DNA from: the human T2T-CHM13v2.0 reference genome, Homo sapiens
Length of the DNA stretch: 64,000 nt
Strand: one strand, 5' to 3'
NCBI RefSeq assembly: GCF_009914755.1
Contig: NC_060947.1
The notes below the pieces were generated by a model, which ran no database searches, was not told where the DNA came from, and saw only the letters and a list, made by a program, of their open reading frames with translations. The stretch's first letter is position 1. Each line of letters opens with the position of its first letter. The position numbers and the translations under genes are program-made. Of the stretch, positions 46,841 to 61,785 are shown piece by piece.

Positions 46841-49604
46841 AAAAATGGTGTGGAGGTCCTGCCTTCCAGATACATTTTGATGAAGATCATACTTTTCAGA
46901 TATATTATGGCAGTTCTCCTCACCCATGACTTTGCTGGGTGGAGGCAACCATGCCTTCCTGAAGGGAGGCCACCACAGCCCACACTACACTAAATCTCAC
47001 CAGTTTATGGTAAAGCAAATTCAAAAAATTGGAGGAAGTGGTTGTTATATAAGATGTGCAAATATCAATGTAAAAACACACAAAAAACATGAAAAAGAAA
47101 TAAAATAAAATGCTTTCAAAAAGGGTAATTTCCCAACAAAAGATTTCAATAAAAAATAATTATAAAATCCTGGAAAAAGATTTCAAAATACTGCCACTAA
47201 AGAAGCTTAATGATTTACAAGAGAATACAGAAATACAATACAAAGAAATGAGACAAAGAATTTAAAATATAAATACAAAGTTTGCCAAAAAGATAGATAT
47301 CATAAAAAAGACCCAAAAAGAAATTCTGGAAATATAGAATTCATTGAATTAATTTAAAAAATACATTCTAAAGCTTCAACAATTGATTAAATCAAGCAGA
47401 GAAAGAATTTCAGAATTTAAAGACAAGTCTCTTGAAACAAACCTGTTGCAGAAAAATAAATGTAAATAAATAAATAAAAATTGATAAAGCCAATATGACA
47501 TATGTGACACCATAAAGCAATCAAGTATTCAAATTTTGGACATACCAGAAGTTAAAGATGAAATATAAAGGACATAAAACCTACTTAACAAAATGGTAGT
47601 TAAAAACTTTTCAACTCTAGTAAAACATTTGGGCATTCATGTATAAAAAGCTGCGATTGCCAAATAGAAACATTTCAAACAGATCTTTTCATTCCACAGG
47701 GGTTGAACTTTCAAAAGTCAAACACAAAAATAGAATTCTAAAATCACCAAGAAAAAAACAACTAGTCACTTATAAGGTGAACCTCTAGCCTACCAATAGT
47801 TGATTTCTCAGCAGAAATTACAGGCCAGGAGAGAATAGGATGATATATTAAAAGTACTGAAAGAAAAAACAAATCTTTCCCAGATAAGCAAAATCTAAGG
47901 AAATTCATTGAAATTAGATTTACCCTATAAGAAACGCTTAAGGGAATCCAACACCTGGATATAAAAGAATGATACCTAACTTCCTGAAAATACATAAAAA
48001 TATAAAACTCAATCTAGAGCAAATACATGAATAAGGGAGAGAAAGAACTCAAATGTTATCACTACAAAAAACAACCAAACCACAATAATAAAAAATAAGA
48101 AAGAAAAGAATAAACTATATACAAAGGAACCAGAAATCAATTTATAAAATAACAGGAATAAGCCCTCACATAGTAATAATAACATTGAATATAAACTGAT
48201 TAAACTAATCACTTAAAAGATATAGACTGACTCAATGGGGTAAAAATAAAATTATATGCTGATTCAACTATGCTACCAATAAGAAACTCATATCACTTGT
48301 AAAGACACATTTAGATTATAAGTAATTCGTTGGTATAGAAAATATTCCATGCAAACAAAACAAAAGCCATAAAAGAAGAGATCTACTTATGTCAGATTAA
48401 ACAGACATTAATTTAAAAATAAAGATAAGAGCAAAGATTTTTACTTAATGAAGAAAGAGGATGTAAAAAATTTTAAACTAATTTGCACCTGACATTGGAT
48501 CACCCAGATATATAAAGCAAATAGTATTAGACTTAAAGAGAAAGATAGACTGCAATACATTAATACTTCGGAATGTTAACACCTCACTCTCAGTATTAGG
48601 CAGATAACCTAAATAGAAAATTAACAACAACCACAACAAAACCCACATTGGATTTAAACTGCATACTGCACCAAATGGACCTTAAAGACACTTGTATGGC
48701 ATTCTTTTCATCAATGGATAAAATATTCTCCAGAATACACCATATGTTAGAACACAAAATATGTCTCAACAACTTTAAAAAATATATCAAGCAACTTCTC
48801 AGACAACAATGAAATCAAACTAGAAACCAATAACAAGAGAAACTTAAAAAACTGTACAAATACATGTATATTAAACAACATGCTCCTGAATGACCATTGG
48901 GTCAAAAAGAAATTAAAGTGGAAAGAAAAAAAATTATTGAGACAAATGAAAATGATAACACAACATATGAAAACCTCTGGGATACAGCAAAAGTAATGTT
49001 AAGAGTAAAGTTTATAGCAGTAAACACCTTTGTCCAAAAAAGTAGAAAGATTTCAAATTAACACTTTGATAATACACCTCAGGGAACTAGAAAATTAATA
49101 ACAAACCAATAAGTAAAATGGAAAAAGTGATTAAAATCAGACCAAAGCTAAACAAAACAAAGACTAAAAAAAGCAATACAAAACAAAATAGAAAAACAAA
49201 TAGCTAGACTAAGAAAGGACCCAATAAACAAACTTGAAAAATTGGACATTACAACTGATAATACAGAATACAAAAGGATAATTAGAGATTATCATTAACC
49301 ATTATACACTAATGAACTGGAAAATCTTAAGAGAAAATGAATGTATTTCTAGACAAATACAACCCATCAAGATTGATTCCAGAAGAAATAGAAAACTTGG
49401 ACATACTATTAATAAGTAATAGATCAGTAATTAAATTTTTTTCAACAAAGAAAAGTTCGAGATTGGATTGCTTCACTGTAGAATTCTATCAAAGATTCAA
49501 GAAAGGAACTAACGCCAATATTGTCAATCTATTCCAAAACTTTGTAGAGGAAAAAATTCTTCCTTAAACATTCTACAAGGCCAGCAATAACCATAATAAA
49601 ACCA

Positions 49605-49645
<41 letters not shown>
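49605..49645. repeat. (CA)n microsatellite
   Basis: About 20 uninterrupted AC units. Confidence 0.95.
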
Positions 49646-49647
<2 letters not shown>

Positions 49648-49815
49648 CCTTACGTGTCAATGTCTCTGGTGAACATAGATGGAAAAATTCTTAACAGAAT
49701 ACTAGCAAGGTGAATACAACAACACATTAGAAATATAATACACGATGATTAAGTGTGATTTATCCAAGGGATGCATGAATGATGAAATGTTTGCAAATCA
49801 TAAAATGTGATACAT

Positions 49816-50035
49816 AGCCTGGCCAATATGATCAACCCTGTCTCTACTAAAAATATAAAAATTTGCTAGGCATGTTGGCACATGCCTGTAGTCCCAGCTA
49901 CATGGGAGGCTGAGGCAGGAGAATCCCATGTAGCTTTAACCCAGGAGGTGGAGGTTGCAGTGAGCTGAGATCATGCCACAGCAGTCCAGCCTGGGCGACA
50001 GAGCAAGACTCCATCTCAAAAAAAAAAAAAAAAAA
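49816..50035 (+). mobile_element. 5'-truncated AluS
   Basis: Alu right arm and tail; TSD core GTGATACAT on both sides. Confidence 0.9.
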
Positions 50036-51300
50036 GTGATACATCATATCAACTGAATGAATAACAAAAATCATATGGCCATCTCAACAAACACAGAGGA
50101 AGCATTTAATCAAATTTAACATCCCTTCATGATAAAGACTCCCAACAAACTAAGCTTAAAAGGAACATATCTCAACATAATAAAGCCCGTATATAACAAA
50201 CCCATGGCTTATAGTGAATGAGGAAATGCTAAAAATATTTCCTTTAAGAACTGGAATGAGACAAGGATACTCACTTTCAATACTCCTTTTCAATATAGTA
50301 CTAGAAGTTCTAGTCAGAGCAACCAGGCAAGAGAAAGAAATGAAAGTCATTAAAATTGAAAAAGATGCATTCAAATAGTTTTCTTTCGCTGATATTATGA
50401 CCTTATATCAGGAAAAATCTAAGGACTTCATCACATCACTCCTAGATATAATTAATAGAGTAAGCAAAGTGTCAGGATATAAAATCTGCATAAAAAATTA
50501 GTAGAATTTCTGTGTACCAATACTGAATTATCTAAGAAAGAAATCAAGAAAACAATTGGATTAATGATAGCTACACAAATAATAAAAAACCTAAAAATAA
50601 ATTTAACAAGGTGAAATACCTCTAAAAAGAAAACTACAAAATACTGATGAAAGAAATATCAGAAGAAACAAACACATGAAAAGACATTCCATGCTCATGA
50701 ATTAGAACAATTGATACCATAAAATGGCCACACTTCCCAAAGCAATATACATGTTCAACGCAATTCCTATCAAAATACTGATGTCATTTTTCACAGAAAT
50801 AAAAAAAAATCTAAAATATATATGAAACAACAACAAAAAATTCATACAGCCAAGGCAATTCTGAGCCAAAAGCACAAAGATGGACATATCATGCTACCTG
50901 TCTTCAAAATGCATTACGAGTCTAGGGTAACCAAAACATTATGGCACTGGCAAAAAACAAGACATATAGACCAGTGGAACAGAATGTAGAACCCAGAAAT
51001 AAATTTATATATGTGCAGCTATCTGATTTTTTACAAGGCACCAAGAACATAAATTGGGAAAAGGGCACCCTCCTCAATAAATAATGGTGGGAAAATTAGA
51101 TATCCATGTGCAAAAGAATAAAACTGGACCCCTATCTCTTACCATATACAAAAATCTACTTAATAAGGAGTAACAACTTAAATGTGACACCTGAAACTAT
51201 AAAACTACCAAAACCAAACACTTCAGGACATTGGTCTAGGCAAATAGTTCATGGCTAAGAGCTCAAAGGTACAGGCAACATAAACAAAAATAGACTAATT

Positions 51301-51838
51301 CGTAGGAGTTTGGTCAGGATGGTGGAAAAAGTTGTAAGAAAAAGTTATAGGGAAAGATGCAAACCTTCTTGGATGGCTGGGAGGTTTTGCAAAACTTCGG
51401 GAAAGAATTATGGCTGAAGGCAGCCAAATTCTCCTATCCGGAGCCTGAGAGCAAAGGGTAGATAACAAGGGAATGTAAACGAACTTATCTAGGTAAATTT
51501 GTTTATTCCTGTCTCCAGAAACCAACCTTTGACCATTCGGGCACAGGACTGCTCTCTACTGGGGGTGGGGGGGGGGGGGTGGTCGACAATGTTTATTACC
51601 CATAAATTGTATTTTCTCCAAGCCTTTGTCATTAAATCTGTAGTAAATAAATGTGAGCAGGGCTGGCTTATGGGGACTGCACTCTCTTGGTGGCTGCAGC
51701 ACTCTCTCGGTGGCTGCGGCACTCTCATTGGTGGTGCTGAGGGGTGCAGTCCCCTAGCTGCGCTGTCAGTCAAAATACCTGTGTCAGCATACTTCTTTCA
51801 TCTGTCACTTGGCCAGAGTTTGCAGGACAGGCTCGGCA
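51301..51838 (+). mobile_element. LTR22 solo LTR, HERV-K(HML-5)
   Basis: GTAGGAG..TGGTCAGGATGGTGGAAAAA...AAACCTTCTTGGA; perfect 6-bp TSD CTAATT (51295-51300, 51839-51844), the betaretroviral length. Confidence 0.85.
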
Positions 51839-54030
51839 CTAATTGGATTATATTACAATAAAAAAGCTTCTACATAGCATAGCAAAATGTTAACAGAGTG
51901 AAGAGACAACCTGTTGAATGAGAGAAAATAGCTGTAAACTATTCATCTGACAAGTGAATAATATCAAGAATGTACATGGAATTTAAAAACTCAACAGTAA
52001 ATAATGATCAAATAACACAATTTAAGAAGTGGTAAATATGTAAATAGACATTTCTCAAAAGAAGACATACAAATGGCTAGCAGGTATATATGAAAAAAAA
52101 AAGCTCTACATTACTAAGCATAAGAGAAATGCAAATCAAATCCAAAATGAGAATTCAACTTACCCCAGTTAGAATGGCTATTAATAAAAATGCCAAAAAC
52201 CCTATGCTGATAAAAGTGAACTCTTATATATTGTTAGTGGAAATCTAAATTAGTACAGCCACTATGGAAAACACCATTGAGTTTTTTTAATAACTAAAAA
52301 ATAGAACTACTGCATCATCCATCAGTCCAACTATTAGGTATTTATCCCAAGGAAAAGAAGTCAGTATATCAAAGAGATCTATTCACTCACATAATTATTG
52401 CAGCAGTATTCACAATAGCTAAAATATGGAATCAACCTAAGTGTCTATCAATAGACAAATTGAATAGGAATGTGTAATGTATATATATACAATGAAATAG
52501 TACTTTGTCTTAAAAAATAAAATTCTGTTGTTGCAGCAACATGGATGAAACTGGAGGTCTGTACGTTCAGTGAAATAAACCAGGCATGGAGATACATACA
52601 TCCCATGTTCTTGTTCATATGTGGGAGCTATAAAAGATCATAACATGAAGATGGAAAGTAGAATCATACTGTGTGTGAGACAAGGGGTAAAGAGAGGTTG
52701 GTCTATGTGTTCAAACACATTTAGATAGAATAAGTTATAATGTTCAACAGCAGAGTGGGGAGACTATAGTCAAAAATAATATTTATATATTTTAAAACAG
52801 CTATAAGAGAGGAATTGAAGGGTTTCCAAAATATAGAAATAATACATAACTGAGGTGATGGATACTCCAAATTCCCCGAATTGATCATTGCACATTGAAT
52901 TCATGTAACAAAACATCACATGTACACTATAAATGTGTATTTTTATTATGTGTTAATAAAATAACAATGACTAAAAACTTCCCTAATTTATTGAAAAACA
53001 TTAAACTACACACTAAAGGCTCTTCAAATTTCAATTAAGGTAAAAACAAAGAGATCCACATTCAGATACAATATAGGTAAAATGCCCAAAGGTAAATATG
53101 GGGAGAAAAATCTTGATAGGAGGAGAAAAAAAGATTCCTTACTTACAGGCAAATTTCACTAAGATTAACAACTGACTTCTTATGAGAAACACTGAAGACC
53201 AAAAGGCAGTGGGATTACGTATTCAAAGGGCACAAATGTAATAAATAAAACTCTTAACTAATATTTCTACATTTGTCAAATCTAACATTCAGCAATAGAT
53301 TTAAAATACAAACATTCCCAGATAGGCAACAAATGAGACAATTTATTATTAGCAATCTTACCTAGCAAGAAATACTAAAGGACATTTATAAAGCTAAAAG
53401 CAATGGAAAACAAAGAATAACAAATCCCCATGAAAATACAAAGAACACTGGTAAAGAAAAATATGGAAGCATTAAAAATATTGCAAATACATATTTTTCA
53501 TAGTTCTTTTATAACTACACTGTATTTTTAGAAAAATTTTAGAATTACAGATAAATTGAGGGGAAGTACAAATAACTTACCTATACATACTCTGCCTTCA
53601 CAAACACACAGCCTCTATTGAGACAGCCAGGTGGGAAGGGGTCCCCAGAGAAACTCCAACGAGCCTGTGCACTGGGAGGAGTGCACGCTGGGGGTGGAGC
53701 CACAGAAGTGTATGCTATATATAGCAGAATGAGCCTGACCCCTCTTTGCCCTTGGGTGGAACCTGTGATTCAATTTGCGACGTGGGAAGTGCACCAGCAG
53801 GGACCCTGGCTTTGCAGAGTGTCCCTGTTTATTTTATTTTTGCCCAATAAATTCCATTTGTCTCCTCCTTCAAATTATCTGCAAGCCTAATTTTTCATGG
53901 CCATGTGACAAGGACCTTGTTTTTAGCCAAACTAAGAAGAAAGTCCTATAATATCTTTGATGCCCAGGACGTGGGGCTTGAGAAGGGGTGAGTAAAATGC
54001 AGACTGAAAACCTCTCGTTGTCGTTTCTAA

Positions 54031-54347
<317 letters not shown>

Positions 54348-55083
54348 TCACCCTTGGACTTCTGAGGGTAGGGGATACCATGCCTCCACTCCTGTCACTC
54401 TCAGGGATTCAGAAGGTCAGCCTCGGTCTCCATGGCCTTTTCCTTCCTTTTTACGTGTGGCTTCCCTCATCTCCTCACTTCCACTCCCCTCCCATCTGGG
54501 GCTGGGGAGCACCACACATCCATAGCTTCTTCCCCTCACCCAGCCAAGGGGTTCAACTTCATTGGACAGTAATTCAGCTTCTCACCCTGGTAGAAGAACC
54601 AATTACATAAGAATAAGAGGTTCTTTCCCAGGCATTTTAAAACTGCTTCTTTTCTTCCCTTTCTCCACTCAATAAGCAATTAACTTTTAAGTGAGGTTTT
54701 TCCTTTTAGAAGATGTTTTGCTATGCTAGGAACAATAAGGATCCCTGTTAACATTTTCTGTGAAGTTTTAATTGTGAAAAAGGATTTGTGAGGCTGGTGT
54801 TAAGCTGTAGCCAATCTGGTGTGCTTTTCATGTCTATATGGTTCATATCAAACTTCGCTGCATGCCTCCAACTTGTTTTACATCATGGGGTTGTGGTCTG
54901 TAACCCAGAGGCAAGGCTTTGTTTAGCAATCCTGCCTTAGGGGATGAGCCCTTTCTGATTTGTTATCTGCATGTTTTCCTAGCCCTGTCTCTTAAGGGGT
55001 CCCACCAGCAACTGGGTTTTCTTCTGCCTTTCTCTGTAACTATATATGTGTTGTGTATGCTGTCTGTAAAAAGAGCTCTAATT

Positions 55084-55406
<323 letters not shown>

Positions 55407-55894
55407 CTAAAGGGAGACAAGCACTTGGATCAAATTTTTTTTTTCAAAGGAAAGATAAAAGCTGTGGTACCTTTGAGTTCACATGATTTTAAACTTTGAG
55501 AAATAAAAAACAGCCTTAAAGATTGTTGGTAAAAAGCAGATGTCCTCAAAATGTAAATAGGTGAACTAAATTATGCAGGTCACATGCAGGGTTTGCTAAG
55601 TGTTTTAAGGTTATGCCTTTTGGGTTTTGAGAACTATCTGACTTGTCAGCTTCACAACTGGTAAGGCCGGGAACATAGGAAACTAACCACACAATTATTC
55701 TGGGAGTCAAACCTTGGCTGCACCTAGCACACAATTAAAACAACTTATCAGGTTTTACATTAAAATCACAATTTTATGTAAAAATTGCTAGGAGTTATCA
55801 TTAAGACATGTAATTGAGACTACTGGAAGTAAGGTTTACATGCAAGGTGTGTAAGAACAATAAAATGTGTTCTTTAATAAGAGGTAATTAGAAA

Positions 55895-56162
<268 letters not shown>

Positions 56163-59024
56163 TCATCCAACTCACAGGTATTTGAGGATATAAACCCATG
56201 GCTGGACTCAGCTTTGAAAGATCTTTTCTGAGATTCCTTTTGGAACAGTGTACCATCAAAGTCCACTGAAAAGGCCTATGTAGAAATAACTATTCTTGCT
56301 GCACTTTATGCAAATGATCAGTTCAAGTATAAGACTTAAGTCTACTTTGCAAACAGCTCAGTCTTATGATGATTTTGTTCTAACAAAAATGAGGACTGGA
56401 GAAAGAGAAATTATGTTTCAAAACTTTTTACACATTTGCCATTAAATTCTAAACCCATTAGTTGCTTTTAAGTTTTTGCCTACATTTTTAGACTAACCCT
56501 ACTTGTTCCTGTGAACCAACCAGCAATCTCCAGCTGTAGCTCAGAAAGAACAAGTGGGATAGGTAATATAAATATCTGGATCAATCTTCTAGTTCTGAGC
56601 AATTATCCTGCAAATCCTACGAGGTGGTAGGAATAAATAGAATGCCCATGATTTGGAGGTTTCCTTTGGGGAAAGTAAGACTAAGGGAGCTAACCAAAGC
56701 CAAGCACCATGCACCCAAATCCTAGCAAGCACAGCTACAGCCACTAGTTATCTCGGCATGTCACAAGACATCCTTTTCTCTCTATTGCTGGAGGAGGACT
56801 CAGTTTCACAGTTTCACCTTAGCTTTTGGCTTATGATAAGAAGCCCGTGCACGCCCCCGAGACACATTTTTGTCCCAAACTCAATTCCAAGCTTTGGGGA
56901 GAAGCCCTAGGAAGGAAACTGGATCTGAGTGATACAGGGACAGATGATAATGGTAGTTAAAAGGCACAGTGCAGGTGACCATGGCTGATTCTTTTTGATT
57001 AAGCCAAGCTTCCAATTTCATGGATAGAGGCCATGTTGGTATCCATGGCATAAATGAGGTCTAGGGAATTCAAGGCTACTGCAGGGGTCTTTGGAGATAG
57101 GGGGCCAGGGGAGATAGGTCATACATGGGTAGAGGGGATAATTCCCATGCCCTAGGCCCCCCTGCTTCATGGGTGCAAGCTGCTTTGTCACGCATGGTGG
57201 TGCCTGCCAAGGTCACAGGGACCAGGGACTGGGGTATACAAGGACAGAAGAGGGAAACAGGATGCTCTTCCTTCTCTTCCTCACATACCCTGGGTATTTA
57301 CCAGGAAAATAAATAAACCGGAGATGCCTGCTCCCCTTTTTATAGATGGGCAGCCATTCATCTTTGTTCTGTACCCCTTTCTAATGTATCCTGAACCCCT
57401 GGGACTCCTTTGAAAAAAATGCCTTCTTTCTTTTTTCTCCTTGATTCTCTCTTCACAGATAAATAATAGTATCTCAGTACTATGGAACACTACCCTCAGA
57501 TGCATCCTCCAAACTGGAAAGAGTTAATTTCCCAAACCTTAAACTGGTTGACTTAAGATTGGGCCCAGGGGAAGGGAACGCAGAAACCCAACATGCCGGC
57601 AAAAGGGTAAAGATTTTGCCAGTCAAGCTTTTGGCCTGTCTCTCTCTGTGCAAACTGGTAAAAGGCCTCAGGATTTTTGAGCTGTCCTTACTCCTCCCTT
57701 TGTTTCCTATTGATACATGTTTTCTAATAACCTGGTTTGTCCCTTTTTGCTTTTGGGCCATCAAACTTCAAACGGTCATGCAACTGGAGCCTCTGACAAT
57801 GGTCCCTTCTGCTCAGAACCCTTAAATAGGCCTCTGAAAGAGAGCTAACTGCCCGTTTCCCCAAAATCACACCCCCCTTCAGCAGGAAGGAGTAGTTAAG
57901 ATTGGTCTTTGTGCTTATCTTTATCCTTATTTTATGTACTTCTTCATAGGGGGGAATGAGACAGCAGGTGGAAAGGGGTCCCCAGAGAAACTCCTATCAG
58001 CCTGCGCACTGGGAGGAGTGCATGCTGGGATGGAGCCACAGCAGTTCGCGCTTTCTGCAGCAGAGAGGAGCCTGGCCCCTCCTCTTCCTTGGTGGAATCT
58101 GGGATTCAATCTGTGAGGCAGAAAGTGCACTAGCAGAGACTCTGGCTTTGTGGAGGGTCCCTGTTTCCATTTTATTTTACTTTTGCCCAGTAAGTCCCAT
58201 TTTTCTCCCCATTCAAATAATCTGCAAGCCTAATTCTTTGTGGCCATGTGACAAGGACCCCGTTTTAGCTGAACTAAGGGGGAAGTCTCACAACTCTACC
58301 ATTATCAACATTTCAAAGTAGAGTGGTACATTTGTAAAAACTAATGAGTCTACATGGACATTTCATCACCCAACATTTATAGTTCACATTAGGATACACA
58401 CTTGGTGTTGTAAATTCTATGGGTGTTGATAAAGAATAATATATGTCCACAATTATAGTAACACACCAAATAAGTTTACTGTCCTACAAATTAGCTCTGC
58501 TCTGCCCATTCAACCATCCCATTCTTCAATCCTTGGCAACCACTATTCTATTTACAGTCTCTATAGTTTTGCATTTTGTAGAATGACAATGAACTGGCAT
58601 TTTACAATAGTAGATTTTTTAGTTTAGCTCAATTAACTTAATAATATACATTTAAGGTTCTTCAGTGTTTTTTAAAGTCTTGATAGCCCATTTCTGTTTA
58701 GCACTCAATAATATTCCACAGTTTATCTATTCATCTACTAAAGGAAATCTTGCTTTCAAGTTTTAACAATTATACTAAAGCTGCTGTAAACATATATGTG
58801 CGGGTGTTAGTGTGTACAAAATGTTTTCAGTTATTTGGATAAACACCAAAAGAACATGAACCATTAGATTGTATTGTAAGAACATGTTTGGTTTTGTAGA
58901 AATCAAGGCAATCTTAAGCAAAAAGAACAAAGCTAGAAGCATCATGTTACCTGACCTCAAACTATACTACAAGGCTACAGTAACCAAAACAGCATGGTAG
59001 ACACACAGACAAATTGAACAGAAT

Positions 59025-59320
59025 AAACACAGGAACAAAAAACCAAACACTGCAAGTTCTCACTCATAAGTGGAAGCTGAACAATGAGAAAACATGGACA
59101 CAGGGAGGGGAACATCACACACGGGGGCCTGTCGGGTGGTGGAGAGAAAGGGGAGGGAGAGTACTAGGACAAATACCCAATGCATGCAGAACTTAAAACC
59201 TAGATGATGGGTTGATAGGTGCAGCAAACCACCATGGTACATGTACACCTATGTAACAAACCTGCACGTTCAGCACATGTATCCCAGAGCTTACAGTAAA
59301 ATAAAAAAATAAAATAAAAA
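59025..59320 (+). mobile_element. L1PA8 3' end
   Basis: GGACAAATACCCAATGCATGC...CTTAAAACCTAGATGATGGGTTGATAGG. Confidence 0.85.
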
Positions 59321-59529
59321 AGTCAAGAAATAATGTTGCACACCCTTAACTATCTGAGATTTGATAAAGTTGACAAAAACAAGCAAAGGAGAAAGGATCC
59401 CCTGTTCAATAAATGGTGCTGGGGTAACTGGCTAGCTATATGCAGAAGATTGAAGCTGGACCACTTCCTGGCACCATATACAGAAATCAACTCAAGATTA
59501 ATAGAATACTTAATTTAAAACCTAAAATT

Positions 59530-59837
<308 letters not shown>

Positions 59838-61349
59838 CTAGGAGATACCATTCTAGACATAGAGCCAGGCAAAGATTTTATGATGAAGATGCCAAAAGCA
59901 ATTGCAACAAAAACAAATATTGACAAATTGGACATAATGAAACTAAAGAGCTTCTGCACAGCAAAAGAAACTACCCCCCTGAGTAAACAGGCAACCTACA
60001 GAACTGGAAAAATCACTAGCAAACTATGCATCTGGCAAAGTTCTAATATCCAGAATCTATAAGTAACTTAAATTAACAATCAAAATCTAACAACCCCATC
60101 AAAAAAGTGGGCAGAGGACATGAACAGGCACTTTTCAAAAAAAGACATACAAATTGCCAACAAGCATATAAAAATGCTCAACATCATTAATCACTAGAGA
60201 AATGCAAATTAAGACACCATCTCAGAACAGTCAGAATAGCTATTATTAAAAAGTCAAAAACTAACAGATGCTGGTGAGGTTGTGGAGAAAAGGGAATGCT
60301 TATTTACTGCTGGTAGAGATGTAAATTAACTCAGCCACTGTGGAAAGCAGTTTGTTGATTGGTCCACTAACTCATAGCAGATTTACTATTCGACCCTACA
60401 ATCCCATTATTGGGCATATACCCAAAGGAAAATAAATAATTCTATCATAAAGACACATGCCATGTATGTTCATCTCATCACTATTCCCAATAGTATAGAA
60501 ATTGAATCAATGTAAATGTCCATCATCAGTAGACTAGATAAAGACAGTATAGTACATGCAAGTACTACACAGTGATTAAAAAAAAGGAGATCATGCCCTT
60601 TGCAGCAACATTAATAGAGCTGGAGGCCATTATCCTAAGTAAACTAACGTGGGAACAGAAAACTAAATACTGCATTTTCTCGCTTACCAGTGGAAGCTAA
60701 ACCATTAGTACATACGGGGACACAGAGAAGGGGAAAACAAACACCAGGGCCTACCTGAGGGTGGAGGGAGGGACTAGGGTAAAGATCAAAAAACTATCTT
60801 ATTGGGTGCTATGCTTATTGTCTGAGTGGTGAAATATCTGTAAACCAAACCCCCATGGCACAAAATTTACTTATATAACAAACCTGTTCATGTACCCCTA
60901 AATAAGTTATTTATATAAAAAAAGAAAATTTCAGACTGTCTTTCGAAATAGTCACACTATTTTGCATTCCCACCAGAAATGAGTGAAAGTTTTTCTTTCT
61001 CCACATTTATGCCACTATTTGGTGTTGTCAATGTTTTGTATATTCAACATTCTAATAGGTGTATAGTGCTATCTGATTGTTGTACTTTTTTCTTTTATAA
61101 CTACATTATTATAGATGATATTATTTTTGCCAAATGCCCTGTAGACTCTCTAGATTCTATATTCACAATTTTTTGTTCCATTTACCTAACAAAACATTTT
61201 ATAAAAATTACACAATTGAGAAAATTGTTTTCTTCTGCAAGTAGAAAATGGTATCTAATAAAAAATAAAAATGTATTAAAGTTACTTTTGATTAAGCAGA
61301 AATGCTTCGAAAACATCATGTGGTAAATACTGCATCTTTCTGTGTCTAT

Positions 61350-61785
61350 AGTGATTTAGTTTATTTATTTTCAAATTTATTTATATTTAATTTACATTTT
61401 CAGTTTAAACTGTATGTATTTATGATATACAATATATTCTGATTATGTTTTGATTACATATACATTTTTGAATGATTAAATCCATCTAATTAACATATGC
61501 ATTACCTAACATAGTTGTTTTTTAAAGACAATACTTAATATCCACTCTCAGCAATTTAAATGGTGATTAGCAGAGGCTGGGGCGTTGGAAGGGTGGGGAT
61601 GAAAACATCTTGGTTACAGGTTACAAAATTACACTTAGATGCAATTACACTTAGATGATGCAGTAACTATTTCTTTTAATCAAAGTGTAATTTTGTATCC
61701 TGTAACCAAGATCTTTTTAAACCCACCCTTCCAACCACCCCAGCTTCTGGTAATCAACATTTTACTCTCACTCTCTATTGCTATG
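61350..61785 (-). mobile_element. short rearranged L1MA 3' end
   Basis: CTAATTAACATATGCATTACCT...CCACTCTCAGCAATTT; contains an internal inverted duplication. Confidence 0.7.

Larger units (their letters stand above)
46900..52963 (+). mobile_element. near full-length L1MA4A-like
   Basis: Decayed ORF1 and ORF2; 3'UTR GAGAGGTTGG...TTAGATAGAATAAG...GAGGTGATGGATAC...AATAAA. Confidence 0.8.

Noticed and set aside
57957-58295. p53 response element in MER61 LTRs
   Set aside because: Some MER61 subfamilies carry p53 sites, but I see at most one imperfect CATG half-site and no paired RRRCWWGYYY.
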